Below are positions 9,659-19,439 of a DNA stretch of 64,000 nt, one piece after another. Location: NCBI GenBank assembly GCA_963727525.1, contig CAVSGO010000007.1, positions 1,856,001 to 1,920,000 of the forward strand, given 5' to 3'. The position numbers and the translations under genes were made by a program. Under the pieces are notes generated by a model. That model did no database searches. It worked only from the letters and a program-made list of their open reading frames with translations, and was not told the DNA's origin. The DNA comes from an uncultured bacterium. Its GTDB lineage: Bacteria; Krumholzibacteriota; Krumholzibacteriia; LZORAL124-64-63. The number at the start of each line of letters is the position of its first letter. Position 1 is the stretch's first letter.

Positions 9659-10540
9659 TCAGCGGAGAGGGAGCGAACGCAACGGCAACTCTCCCTTCCT
9701 CAGTAGCGTATGCACGTGATCGCCGAGCGTGGTGAAACGGCCACGGCGCAGAAGATTCTCGAGCTTGCGGATCATACCGGTCTGTCCGCCCTGGCTCCGT
9801 AGCTTCGACAGGCGCGACTGGCCAACCTCCGGCCGGAAGTCATCGATCTCCCAGGGGTGCAGATAGATCACGCAGGGCTGGTCCTGTGCGGCTGCGAACG
9901 CGCGCAACGTCCGGTAGGCCGGCGCGGGGAGCAGGCGCATGTAGCCGCCACCCGAGAACGGCACGTTGACACCCAGACAGCGCCAGGTGGGCATGGGCAT
10001 GACGACGAAGGAGGTCGCCGCCCCGTCGGGCATGGCCAGGCGAAACGGCCGTCGCGGCGCGCCGGGCTGCCCGTAGCGAGGATGCCGCACCGGATAGATC
10101 GAGCAATCGTAGTGCAGGCCGCGCTCACGCAGGATGTGCAGGTAGTCGTGGACCCGCGGGGTGATCGTGAAGCTCGGGGCACGATATCCGGTCACCTCCA
10201 CCCCGCAGCGCTGCAACGCCTCGAGAGCGCGATCGAGATCGGCGATGAACTCGTCACGGCTCAGCCTGTAGACCACGGGATGCGCATAGCTATGGCACCC
10301 GATCTCGTGCCCCGCGGCCGCCAGACGCCGGACGAGGTCGGGATGGCGCTGCGCCGTCCAGCCGAGCACGAAGCAGGTGGCCCGCACGCCGTGGACGTCG
10401 AGCAGGGTCAGCAGGCGATCGATGTTGGCCTCGACACGTTGCTCCTGCATCTCCCACTGCGCCGGCGGTACGGTTTCGAGATAATTGTGACCGTGGAACC
10501 ACTCCTCCACGTCGATCGTCAGGATGTCGACCGCCGTCAT
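9659..10540 (-). CDS. polysaccharide deacetylase (CE4, DUF3473/XrtA-associated type)
   Basis: TIDVEEWFH, HEIGCHSYAH, GYRAPSF, GGGYMRLLP, IYLHPWEID. Confidence 0.9.
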   Translation of the reverse strand: MTAVDILTIDVEEWFHGHNYLETVPPAQWEMQEQRVEANIDRLLTLLDVHGVRATCFVLGWTAQRHPDLVRRLAAAGHEIGCHSYAHPVVYRLSRDEFIADLDRALEALQRCGVEVTGYRAPSFTITPRVHDYLHILRERGLHYDCSIYPVRHPRYGQPGAPRRPFRLAMPDGAATSFVVMPMPTWRCLGVNVPFSGGGYMRLLPAPAYRTLRAFAAAQDQPCVIYLHPWEIDDFRPEVGQSRLSKLRSQGGQTGMIRKLENLLRRGRFTTLGDHVHTLLRKGELPLRSLPLR

Positions 10541-11199
10541 CGCCCATTCCCTTCCCGCGGGATCGCCACACAGGCGAACTGCAGATAACGCATGTCCGCG
10601 AAGCGCCCCAGGGATAGCAGATTTGTCAGACGGAAGCGCCAGCTTCCAGTGGCGTTGATACCGTCCTGGCGGACGACGTCGTAACCCGCCGTCGCGAACA
10701 ACTCGCGCATGCTGCACCGCGTATAGAACCGCAGATGGGTGCGATCGCGGATACCCTCGTCGCCGTAGCTCCAGTCGCCGTGTACGACCAGGTCCCACAC
10801 ATTGAAGAAGTGGCGCACATTGGGAATGCTCGCCACAACCACACCGCCCGGACGCAGGACGCGCCGCAGATCGCGGAGCACCGCGTCCGGCCAGGCGAGA
10901 TGCTCGAGGATATCGTTGCAGACGACGCAATCGAAGTGGGCCGCCGGCAGTGTCGCCACCGCATCCTCCACGCGACCCGTGATGACGCGATGGAGGCGCG
11001 TCGCAGCGGTGGCGGCCGCGTCGGCGGCGAGTTCGATGCCCCAGATCTCGAGCTCGGTACCGCTCCCGGCCCGGACCTCGCGCAGCCCGGCCGCGAACGC
11101 GCCGGTGCCACAGCCCACGTCGAGGATACGTCGGGCGGAATCCGGGATGTATGCCCGCATCTGCGGACGATCATGCGTAAAGTAGCTCTGCGCAGGCAT
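10537..11199 (-). CDS. class I SAM-dependent methyltransferase
   Basis: ILDVGCGTG, FDCVVCNDILEHL, LRPGG..ASIPN, DRTHLRFYT. Confidence 0.9.
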   Translation of the reverse strand: MPAQSYFTHDRPQMRAYIPDSARRILDVGCGTGAFAAGLREVRAGSGTELEIWGIELAADAAATAATRLHRVITGRVEDAVATLPAAHFDCVVCNDILEHLAWPDAVLRDLRRVLRPGGVVVASIPNVRHFFNVWDLVVHGDWSYGDEGIRDRTHLRFYTRCSMRELFATAGYDVVRQDGINATGSWRFRLTNLLSLGRFADMRYLQFACVAIPREGNGR

Positions 11200-11277
11200 G
11201 GTACCTCCGGGCCGGCTTGCGGCCACGGCCAGATCGCCCGGCAGGGTAACACGGAAGCGACGCGGGCGCACCCGCGA

Positions 11278-13389
11278 TCAGGACGGAGACGGGGGCCCCG
11301 AGAACCCGTCGGGCCGGTGTTCGGCGAGCAGGCGATCGAGGTCGTCCTGGTGACCCACGATGATGAGCCGGTCGCCGGGCTGGACCTGCGTATCCGGCTG
11401 GGGCAACTGATTCGCACTGCCGCCGATCAGACGGTGCTTCTTGATCGCGAGCACCGAGACATTGAACTGCTGCCGGAGTGCCAGCTCGCGCAGCGTCTTG
11501 CCCAGGAAGTGGGCCGGCGGCACCAGCACCTGCACCTTGTAGGCCTCGGGCAGGTCGACGCAGTCGTGCATGCGCGCCTCTCCCGTCACCAGCTTGATGC
11601 CCTTGTCCTCCTGATGCAGGACTTCGCGGTTGTACACCTCGAAGATCGCCTTGCGCGCGATCAGACCCACGAGCACCGGGCGTGCCCGTGAGAAGAGCAC
11701 CGGCAGGTCGACACTGTCCTCCTGCCCGAGCAGAAGGAGGCAGTCTTCCAGGTTGTCGGTGCGGTAGACGATGTCACCGACGGGCGAGAGGATATCGTCG
11801 GCGATAAGCACCTTGCCCAGGCTCTCCTCGTGCAGGATGTCCTTGACATCGTGGATCGAGATCTTGCCGATGAGGCGCCTCTCGCCGTCGACGACGAAGA
11901 AATGCTCCTCGTTGTGCGTGAGGAAGAGCTGGAGGATGCGATCGAAGCCCCACGTCTTCTCGATCGCGAGGGGGTTCACTTCCATGATGTCGTTCACGTG
12001 GTAGCTGCGCAGGATGGCGCTCTCGCGGCCGAATTCCAGCTTCTTGCCGGCCATCGTGAACTTCAGCGTGAAGATGTTGTCGTCCATCACGGCGCGATAC
12101 ATCAGCGTGGCCGTGATGCTGGCGAGCATGAGCGGCAAGATCACGCGGTACTCGCCGGTCATCTCGAAGAGGATGAGAATGCCCGTGAGCGGTCCGCCGG
12201 TTGCCGCTCCCACCATGGCGGACATGCCGACCATGGCGTAGGCGCCGCCTGGAATGTTCAGACCCGGCCACAGCAGGGCGAACATGCCGCCGCATACGCC
12301 CCCCGTCATGCCGCCCAGAAAGAGCGCGGGCGCGAAGATCCCGCCCGAGAAGCCCGATCCCAGGGTGAGGTCCACCGCCAGGAGTTTCACGATGACGAGC
12401 AGGGCCATGAGCACGAGGTCCATGCGCCCATCGAGGGCCTGAACCATGGAACTGTAGCCCACGCCATAGACCTGCGGAAACCAGATGAACAGCACGCCCA
12501 GCGGTACCGCGCCCAGCACCGGCTTGAGCCAGGGCGGGAACCGCAGGTTCTCGAACCAGTGCTCGAGGGCGTAGAGCGTGCGCACATAGGCCACGGCCAC
12601 GAGGCCCACGACCAGCCCCATCAGCAGGTACAGCAACAACTCCACGTGGCTGTGCATCTCGAAACCGGGCACGGGAAACGCCGGGGTGTCACCGAGGTAG
12701 TGGCGGCTGACGGCCGTGGCGCAGACGCTGGCCACGATGATCGGACTGAACGTGACGATGGCGAAATCGCGCAGGATGATCTCCAGCGCGAAGAAGGCGC
12801 CCGCGATGGGGGCGTTGAACGTGGCGGCGATGCCCGCGGCCGCCCCGCAGCCGATCATCACCCGCAGACGTTGCGGCGAGAAATGGAAGGCCTGCCCCAG
12901 GGTGGACGCCATCGCGGCGCCGATCTGCACGATCGGGCCCTCGCGCCCGACGGAGCCGCCGAATCCGATGGTGATGGCGCTGGCCGTGATCTTCACGGCC
13001 GCCACGATCGGGCGGATGATCCCGTTCTCGAAGAGGATCGCGTTGAGCACCTCGGGCACACCATGGCCCTTGGCCTCGCGGGCCAGGAAATGGACCATGG
13101 GGCCCACGATGATCGCACCGATGATCGGCAACAGGATCTTGTGCCACCAGTGCAGCGGAGCCAGGAGCAGGGCCGTGTCGTCGCCATGGCCGATCGCGAA
13201 GCCCTGGAAAAACGTCACCATCCGGCGGAAGAGGATCGCGCCGAAGCCCCCGGCCAGGCCCACCAGGATGGCCATGACCACGAGGAGGGACGTCTCGTCG
13301 AAAGACAGACGGGTGAGCAGCCGATGCCCCGCGCCTTGCAGGAAAGACTGCCAGCGCGACATCCGGGGCTGTTGTTCGTCGCTGCTCAT
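11278..13389 (-). CDS. ClC-family chloride channel/transporter with CBS pair and TrkA-C domain
   Basis: GHGVPE, GREGP, AATFNAP, GGIFAP; C-terminal GKTLRELALRQQFNVSVLAIK..GDRLIIVG. Confidence 0.92.
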   Translation of the reverse strand: MSSDEQQPRMSRWQSFLQGAGHRLLTRLSFDETSLLVVMAILVGLAGGFGAILFRRMVTFFQGFAIGHGDDTALLLAPLHWWHKILLPIIGAIIVGPMVHFLAREAKGHGVPEVLNAILFENGIIRPIVAAVKITASAITIGFGGSVGREGPIVQIGAAMASTLGQAFHFSPQRLRVMIGCGAAAGIAATFNAPIAGAFFALEIILRDFAIVTFSPIIVASVCATAVSRHYLGDTPAFPVPGFEMHSHVELLLYLLMGLVVGLVAVAYVRTLYALEHWFENLRFPPWLKPVLGAVPLGVLFIWFPQVYGVGYSSMVQALDGRMDLVLMALLVIVKLLAVDLTLGSGFSGGIFAPALFLGGMTGGVCGGMFALLWPGLNIPGGAYAMVGMSAMVGAATGGPLTGILILFEMTGEYRVILPLMLASITATLMYRAVMDDNIFTLKFTMAGKKLEFGRESAILRSYHVNDIMEVNPLAIEKTWGFDRILQLFLTHNEEHFFVVDGERRLIGKISIHDVKDILHEESLGKVLIADDILSPVGDIVYRTDNLEDCLLLLGQEDSVDLPVLFSRARPVLVGLIARKAIFEVYNREVLHQEDKGIKLVTGEARMHDCVDLPEAYKVQVLVPPAHFLGKTLRELALRQQFNVSVLAIKKHRLIGGSANQLPQPDTQVQPGDRLIIVGHQDDLDRLLAEHRPDGFSGPPSPS

Positions 13390-13614
13390 CGAGGCGATCT
13401 CCGGGGGAAACGCTTGCTACGGGGCGGAACCGGCCGTCGGGCCCCGCCTAAACTGGTCGCTCGCGCCGCTCGCGTCAATCCGCGTCCCGTTTTCCGGGCA
13501 CCGGGCCGAAGGTGGGGATCGCGTGCCGGCAGGGGCGGGTGGCAGCCCACCGTGATGAGGGCATCTCCGGTCGGACACCCCCAAGACGGCGGCATTCGGC
13601 GAGCAGCGCCGACT

Positions 13615-13646
13615 GACGAGGGCCGATCTTGCGATCGGCCCTCGTC
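13615..13646 (-). terminator. hairpin downstream of the cupin gene
   Basis: GACGAGGGCCGATC-TTGC-GATCGGCCCTCGTC perfect 14-bp stem. Confidence 0.7.
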
Positions 13647-13661
13647 CCGGTGCATCTCGTG

Positions 13662-14024
13662 TCAGGCCCGTACGACGGGATAGCGGTCGGGGGCGTCGGA
13701 TATGTCGATCAGGACCGTACGTTTGCTGAAACTGGTCCGGTGCTTCACGCCCTGGGGCACGTGATAATGGTCGCCCGGTTGATAGAGATTCGTCTCGCCA
13801 TCGATCTCCATGACCATTTCTCCCGACACCACGGTGCCGCTCTGTTCACAATGGGAGTGGTCGGGGAACGAGACACCCTCCTCGAAGACGAAAAAAACGA
13901 CCTGCTTCTGGTCGTCGTTCAGGCAGAAGCCGGTCGCACCCGCGATCGGGACCTCCACCTTGGGCAGGGCGAGAACCTCTTGCGGGAGAAGTCCTTCGAA
14001 TTCGTTGGTCTTCGTGACAGCCAT
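13662..14024 (-). CDS. cupin domain protein
   Basis: PDHSHCEQSGTVVSG and PGDHYHVPQGVKH cupin motifs. Confidence 0.85.
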   Translation of the reverse strand: MAVTKTNEFEGLLPQEVLALPKVEVPIAGATGFCLNDDQKQVVFFVFEEGVSFPDHSHCEQSGTVVSGEMVMEIDGETNLYQPGDHYHVPQGVKHRTSFSKRTVLIDISDAPDRYPVVRA

Positions 14025-14112
14025 AAGCGCCCTCCTAGCGATATGAGAGAGGCGTTCGGATCGCACCGGGGTGCTGAACGTCATTTTAACATGGCGGTTC
14101 CCGCGCGCAAGG

Positions 14113-15024
14113 TCAGGCCACGAGCGAGAACTCGGCCAGGACCGGAAAATGATCCGACGGCCACGGCGCGCCGCGCCCCAGCACGTGGTCGAAAGTGTGC
14201 CGCTGGACGCTGCGGACACTGAGCCGGCCCCGGAAGAACACGTAGTCGATCCTCCGTGGTCCCAGCAAGCGGGTCAGGAGCCGGTCGCGCCAGCCGAGAC
14301 CCTGGAACGTGGCACCGTCGTCCTGGCTTTCCGGCCCGCAATGGGCCCAGGCATCGCAGAGGCCCGCCGTACCGGCCGCCGCATCGCTGAGAGCCCGGAT
14401 CTCGGCCGAGCGCGCGCCGGCGTTGAAATCGCCTGTCAGAAACACGGGCACATCGTCCCCGAGCGTGCGCACGGTACGGGCGACGTGGGCGCGCAGCAGT
14501 CGCACGCTGCGCCGGCGGTGGTCGGCCAGCAAGGCCTCGAGGTGCGTCGTGCCGAAAACGAGGGTCCGGCCCGTGGCCCGGTGCTCGAAGGTGCTCCAGG
14601 TCACGAGGCGCGGACGCGTGCCCAGCGTGAACTGCGATGCCGGAATCTCGGGACGCGGGGAGAGCCAGAACACGTCGTCGGCCCCGGGCACGTGGGCCAC
14701 GCGATCGCGACGGTAAAACGTGGCGCAGTACCAGTTCCGCTGGTCGTGAACGAGATCGGGACCCAGATTGCCATGGGCGATGCAACCGTAATCGGGCAGG
14801 AGCGCGATCAGTTCGTCGAGCTGGTCTCGATTGGCCTCCTGAGTACCGACGATATCGGGCTCGAGGATCTCGAAGAGCCGCGCGATGCCGGGCCGGCGCA
14901 GATGCCAGGGGCAGGTGCGACGCAACTTGCCGGCGGATAGCAGATTGAAGGTCATCACGCGAAGATGCGGGCTGGACAACGCGCTGCTCCCCGTTCGACA
15001 ATCGAGGTTCCGATGCGATATCAT
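14113..15024 (-). CDS. endonuclease/exonuclease/phosphatase family protein
   Basis: VMTFN, DIVGTQE, TTHL, LTGDFN, RIDYVF, SDHFPV; start uncertain. Confidence 0.88.
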   Translation of the reverse strand: MISHRNLDCRTGSSALSSPHLRVMTFNLLSAGKLRRTCPWHLRRPGIARLFEILEPDIVGTQEANRDQLDELIALLPDYGCIAHGNLGPDLVHDQRNWYCATFYRRDRVAHVPGADDVFWLSPRPEIPASQFTLGTRPRLVTWSTFEHRATGRTLVFGTTHLEALLADHRRRSVRLLRAHVARTVRTLGDDVPVFLTGDFNAGARSAEIRALSDAAAGTAGLCDAWAHCGPESQDDGATFQGLGWRDRLLTRLLGPRRIDYVFFRGRLSVRSVQRHTFDHVLGRGAPWPSDHFPVLAEFSLVA

Positions 15025-15106
15025 CGGGCATCTTGCGACCCCTGCGACCACGTCGGACGCGGTCAGCAAGAGATGAGCCAAGAGCGCGCTTGCCGGACAG
15101 GACGCG

Positions 15107-15658
15107 TCAGAAGAGGTCGAGCTGCGGGGCGTGAGGCGGCAGATCGAGCCGGTCGAGAATGAGCGGCAACCAGCGGCTGCGATCACCGGACGGCAGGGCC
15201 AGGTGAGGAACGGTAAACTCCGCCAGCAACGTGTCGATCTGATGATCGATCGCGAGCTGCCAGGCCACGGAGACATCGCGAGTGCCGTCGAAACGCGGCG
15301 GCGCGACGATGGGCACCTTGACCATGAGCGTGTAGGTGTCCACCCAGTGACGCAGGAATGGCTCGAGATCGGGGCGACGTCCGGCCGCGTGCACGAGGTA
15401 GGCGTAGTTGTCGATGACGGCGCGATCGCAGACGATGGCGTCGTACTGGCTGCCCAGCGCGATCTCCTCGGCGATCTGGGTGTGCAGGATCCATTCCTGC
15501 GCCGCCGCCGTGGTATCGCGATTGATGGGCAAAGGACAACGCCGCGCGACCTCCTTGACGAGGTCGACGCTCAGATCGAGGCGCTTGAGCGTCGCCGCGA
15601 GATCGTAGCACAGAGTCGTCTTGCCGACGCCGTGAGTACCGATAAAGGCGATCTTCAT
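15107..15658 (-). CDS. P-loop nucleotide-kinase-like protein (AAA_28/NadR-type)
   Basis: MKIAFIGTHGVGKTT Walker A, EVAR, IVCDRAVID. Confidence 0.85.
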   Translation of the reverse strand: MKIAFIGTHGVGKTTLCYDLAATLKRLDLSVDLVKEVARRCPLPINRDTTAAAQEWILHTQIAEEIALGSQYDAIVCDRAVIDNYAYLVHAAGRRPDLEPFLRHWVDTYTLMVKVPIVAPPRFDGTRDVSVAWQLAIDHQIDTLLAEFTVPHLALPSGDRSRWLPLILDRLDLPPHAPQLDLF

Positions 15659-15756
15659 GGTGCCCCACGGTAATGCAGGCGCCCCGGTAAGTCCAGGTGG
15701 ACGCGACGTTCGCAACGGCCCGGGAGGTTCAGGTGGCGAGGGAACAGGACAGGCCC

Positions 15757-16416
15757 ATGAGCTGGCTCCAGATCGATGGCGGCCCGCGGCCCAGCCTGGT
15801 CATCCAGATCGGCGCCGGTGTGACCGTACTGGCCGCGCTATCTCGCGCCGTGTTCGTGGCCCTGGGGCTTGCCGCCTCCACGCACACGCTGGTCGCGTGG
15901 TGGCTCTGGGACCTCGCCCTCGCGTTGACGGGCGCCGGGCTGGCGATGACGGCGATACGCCCGTGGATGACCCGCTTCGGACTCGTCCCCGCTGGCTTCC
16001 ACCTGGCCCAGGCCACGGTGCTCGCGGTGGTTCTGATCGGTTCGGGCGTCGTGGCGCCGGCTTACCACGTGCTCTCCACCCCGAAGTACTTGAGCCTCTT
16101 CCTGTTCACGTTCACCGAGAGCCGTAACCTCCGCTTGCCACGACGGTTGCCACTCGCCGCGATCTCGCTGGTGGGGGCGGCGAAAACGCTGATCACGGGA
16201 CGCGTCGCTATGACGCCCGTGACCGGTACTCTTGCCGACACCCTGGTCCTGGTGCTGCTCGGCTGGGCGCTGTTCGTGGTGGCCGGTACCCTCCGGCGAC
16301 ACGAGAACGCCTGGCTCGAGCGCCAGATCAAGGCGCGGACCGCCGAGCTCGCCGACTTCAACAACCCGGTCGCGGTCGCGTCCCGGGCGGGGATCAGGCC
16401 GGCGAGCCGTCGTTGA
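15757..16416 (+). CDS. hypothetical multi-pass membrane protein
   Basis: Several hydrophobic segments; no family recognised. Confidence 0.55.
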   Translation: MSWLQIDGGPRPSLVIQIGAGVTVLAALSRAVFVALGLAASTHTLVAWWLWDLALALTGAGLAMTAIRPWMTRFGLVPAGFHLAQATVLAVVLIGSGVVAPAYHVLSTPKYLSLFLFTFTESRNLRLPRRLPLAAISLVGAAKTLITGRVAMTPVTGTLADTLVLVLLGWALFVVAGTLRRHENAWLERQIKARTAELADFNNPVAVASRAGIRPASRR

Positions 16417-16966
16417 AGGACACCTCGACGACCCGGCGAACCACCGCGCTTTCCACCTCGAAGTACTCGGCCGGCGCGAAGTGGAACCAGCGTCCGACGA
16501 GATTCGCCGGAAAGACCTGGAGCCTAGTGTTCAACTCGCGGACATTGGCGTTGTAGAGACGTCGCGACGCCTGGATGCGGTCTTCCGTATCCACGAGTTC
16601 GCGCTGCAGGGCGAGGAAGTGTTCACTTGCCTTGAGTTCAGGATACTGCTCCGCCACGGCGAGCAGCCGCTGCGTCCCCTCGACCAGCGGTCTTTCATGG
16701 GCCGCCTTCTGCGCCGCCGACCCCGACGCCTCGACAGCGCGGGCACGCGCGTCCGCGACTTCCGCGAAGAGCGACTGCTCATGTCCGGCATAGCCCTTCA
16801 CCGTGGCCACGAGGGCCGGCACGAGATCGTGGCGACGTTTGAGCTCGGTATCGATGGTGGCCCAGCTCTCGCGGCAGTACTGCCGCAGGCGCACGAGACC
16901 GTTGTAGGTGAGGAAGAGCCACACGCCGATGATCACGACGACGAAGATCACCACCTGCACAGTCAT
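16394..16966 (-). CDS. lemA: LemA family protein
   Basis: TM then YNGLVRLR..WATIDTELKRRHDLVP, EQYPELKA, EDRIQASRRLYN, FPAN. Confidence 0.93.
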   Translation of the reverse strand: MTVQVVIFVVVIIGVWLFLTYNGLVRLRQYCRESWATIDTELKRRHDLVPALVATVKGYAGHEQSLFAEVADARARAVEASGSAAQKAAHERPLVEGTQRLLAVAEQYPELKASEHFLALQRELVDTEDRIQASRRLYNANVRELNTRLQVFPANLVGRWFHFAPAEYFEVESAVVRRVVEVSFNDGSPA

Positions 16967-17654
16967 CACGCCTCCCGGTCGGGCGTAACCCGACCCTGGC
17001 CGAGCATATCCCGCCGCACCCGGTCGGGAATACGCTCGAGAAACCCCATCGCCAGCGCGAGCGACCTCGCGATCGCCGCCGGGGACAGACGACCCGGCGC
17101 CACCACGAGGCAGTTCCCCCCCCCAGTTCCAGCGGATAATCCGCATGTTCGAGCAGGAACTCCATCATGCGCGGATGAATCACGTCGTAGGCCCAGCGTC
17201 GATCGGCCGACGTGACGTGGAAGCGATTGCTGAACGCGGCCGACTCGAAATCGATGTCGTTGAAGCCCAGCGCCTCGCCCACGCGATCGAGCACGTGCTC
17301 CTGCCGGATGTGCAGGGGGATGAGCGGAAAATCGGCGCGGACGAGCACCACGGTCAGATCCCTGTCCGCATCGTCGTTGTTGCGGGCCGTCTGGCGCAGG
17401 TCGTAGACCCAGACCTCGCGGCCCTCGAGGGTGCCGTGGCTGATGTTGCGGGCCACCTGTTGCGATCCGCGCGTCAGCGTCGAGAACTCGGCGAATTGCC
17501 GGATGAGCTTGCGGTCGGGGCCGACCTGGAAGTCCAGGCCGCGTTGCCGCGCCCAGATTGCAAGGTCCCGCGAGCGCGCCGCCGCGCGCCGCGCGTTCAC
17601 GACGATTGCGGCCACCACGACGATGATCCCGAGAATGAACCAGCCCAGCCGCAT
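16966..17654 (-). pseudogene. membrane-anchored DUF3137-like protein, frameshifted at a G9 tract
   Basis: MRLGWFILG TM; DIDFESAAFSNRFHV..AYDVIHPRMMEFLL; continues in another frame (NCLVVAPGRL..*) whose stop overlaps the lemA ATG. Confidence 0.7.
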
Positions 17655-17698
17655 GCATCGCCTCCCGTCCGGCGAGATTACGGGCCCGGGGCTCTGGT

Positions 17699-17714
17699 AG
17701 CAACACCAATGCCA
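17699..17714 (-). promoter_or_regulatory. putative sigma54 promoter for the DUF3137-like/lemA operon
   Basis: TGGCAT-TGGTG-TTGCT fits the -24/-12 consensus TGGCAC-N5-TTGC, about 45 nt upstream of the ATG. Confidence 0.55.
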
Positions 17715-17715
17715 G

Positions 17716-18075
17716 ATGCCGGCTGCGGCCATGCCCCCCCCATGGCTCCCCGTCGAATACCGTCGTGTCACAACGCTTACGATGGCCTTCAAGGTACGCA
17801 GCAATGCACCGAATGGGTTGATGCGTATTCAGCGCCCGTCCCCTGACGGGTGGCCGGTCCGGAAACCTCTCGCGGCGGAGCGTGTGCTCACGATTAGCGA
17901 CAACGACGCCTTCTGCATAGACGGCGGAATCGTACAGCTCGTGCTCAGCGGCAACCGGGTGCGGTTCCGGATCAACCAGGCGAACGCCCAGGCCCATGGG
18001 CTCAAGCTGAGTTCCCAGTTGCTCAAGATGGCGGAGATCGTGGGACCCGCGCCGGGCGAGGACGTGCGCCGGTGA
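17716..18075 (+). pseudogene. YfiR/HmsC-like fragment (C-terminal half)
   Basis: VLTISD..FCIDGGIVQLV..RVRFRINQANAQAHGLKLSSQLLKMA; N-terminal part not recognisable. Confidence 0.65.
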
Positions 18076-18993
18076 GCTTCGGCAAGCGTATCCGAGTCGT
18101 CGATGACAACATCGCGAATATCCTGCTGATGGAGAACGCAGTCTCTGCCAAACACGAGGTGGTGGAGGCCAACGGCGAACTCGATGACCGCCTGGAGGGC
18201 TACGCTGCGGGCGCGGGCGAATACATCGTCAAGCCCTTCGAACCGAGCGAACTGCAAGCCAAGGCCGAGGTATTGCTCCGCCTCAAGTCGGTGGAAGAGC
18301 TCGACGCCCTCAAGATGGACGTGATCCGCCTTCTCACGCACGAGACGCGCACGCCGCTGAACGGTATCCTCGGCTGCCTCGACGTGATCGAGACCACCAC
18401 GTCCGAGTCGCTTGACGAGATCCCCGAGTACGTGGAGATGGCGTGATCGGCTTGCAACCGGCTCCGGCGGCTGGTCGACCGCAGTCTGCTGCTCTGCGAA
18501 GTGCGTTCGAGTCTGGAACCAGTCCAACGAGCTGGAGATGCTGGCGCGCACCGTCGGGGTGAACTGCGGCTCGGCCATGATCTTCGACGACGAAGCCTTC
18601 GCTCGGTCGACGCTCGCGTCGCTCGCCGCGGTGCCCCATGTGCGCAGCGCCACCCTGTATCGCAAGGACGGGTCGTCCTTCGCCGCCTACCTGCGGCCCC
18701 GCGTGGCGGCGGACGACCAGGACCACTCCAGGACCTGGGTCTCGCTGCTCCTGCGCGACGCCACCGCAGCCGGTGACGCCGTCGCCTTCGCGGCGCACAG
18801 CGTCAAGTCGGACAGCGCGAACCTGGGCGCGACCGATCTCGCCGCGTCCTTGCAAGCCCTCGAGACCGCCACCAAAGCCGGCGACCTCGGCCGGGCGGAC
18901 ACCATGGTCGGCACGATCGCTGCGATGCACGCGACCGTGCGAGAGTACCTGGCAGGACAGCCGGAAGCGCCAGTTGCGGCACCGACGAGCTGA
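18072..18993 (+). pseudogene. mosaic remnant of receiver / HisKA / periplasmic sensor / HPt signalling gene(s)
   Basis: Receiver lacking its middle (VVDDN..NGE|LDDRLEGY..KPF); THETRTPLNGILG; premature TGA at 18444; then a YfiN/CHASE8-like sensor segment fused to HPt (AHSVKSDSANLGA). Confidence 0.65.
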
Positions 18994-19005
18994 GCGGCAT
19001 CGACA

Positions 19006-19045
19006 CGAACGGCCCGGCATCCCGAGGCGGGCGCCGGGCCGTTCG
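19006..19045. terminator. hairpin between convergent genes
   Basis: CGAACGGCCCGGC...GCCGGGCCGTTCG. Confidence 0.6.
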
Positions 19046-19057
19046 GAATCGCGGCCG

Positions 19058-19439
19058 TCAGTGCGAGACCTTCGGCTCCATTTCCTTGGCAGCCTCGACC
19101 CACTTGGCCACGGTCGCGGCAGGTGGCGACGTGCGCGCCAGATTCTTCGCCGCGTTGACCTCGTCCATCTTGTTCGCGAGGTTCTCGGCCACTCGGGTTC
19201 GCAGCTCCTTCACGGTGTCCACGCCGACCGCCTCGAGCAACTCGGATAACTGCGGCCCGACGCCGGAGATCCGCATCAGATCAGCGAGGTTGGTCCACTT
19301 GAGCAGGAGTGCCTCGGAAAGACCCGTGACCGCCGCCACACTGGCTCAACAGGTCGTCCGTCGTCTCGATGCTGGCCGCGCCCAGCTTCTCCGCGTAGGA
19401 AGGGCCGATACCCTCGATCTCGTTGACCTTGTACGCCAT
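19058..19439 (-). pseudogene. DUF4332 (HhH) domain protein with a frameshifting deletion
   Basis: MAYKVNEIEGIGP..TTDDLL in one frame; TGLSEALLLKWTNLADLMRISGVG..GVDTVKELR in another; junction near 19335. Confidence 0.78.

Noticed and set aside
13390-13660. Fluoride riboswitch upstream of the ClC gene
   Set aside because: I could not find the consensus; only a terminator hairpin and a possible -35 element are visible.
18444-18446. TGA in the HisKA remnant as selenocysteine
   Set aside because: Not a Cys-homologous position, and the region is otherwise degraded.
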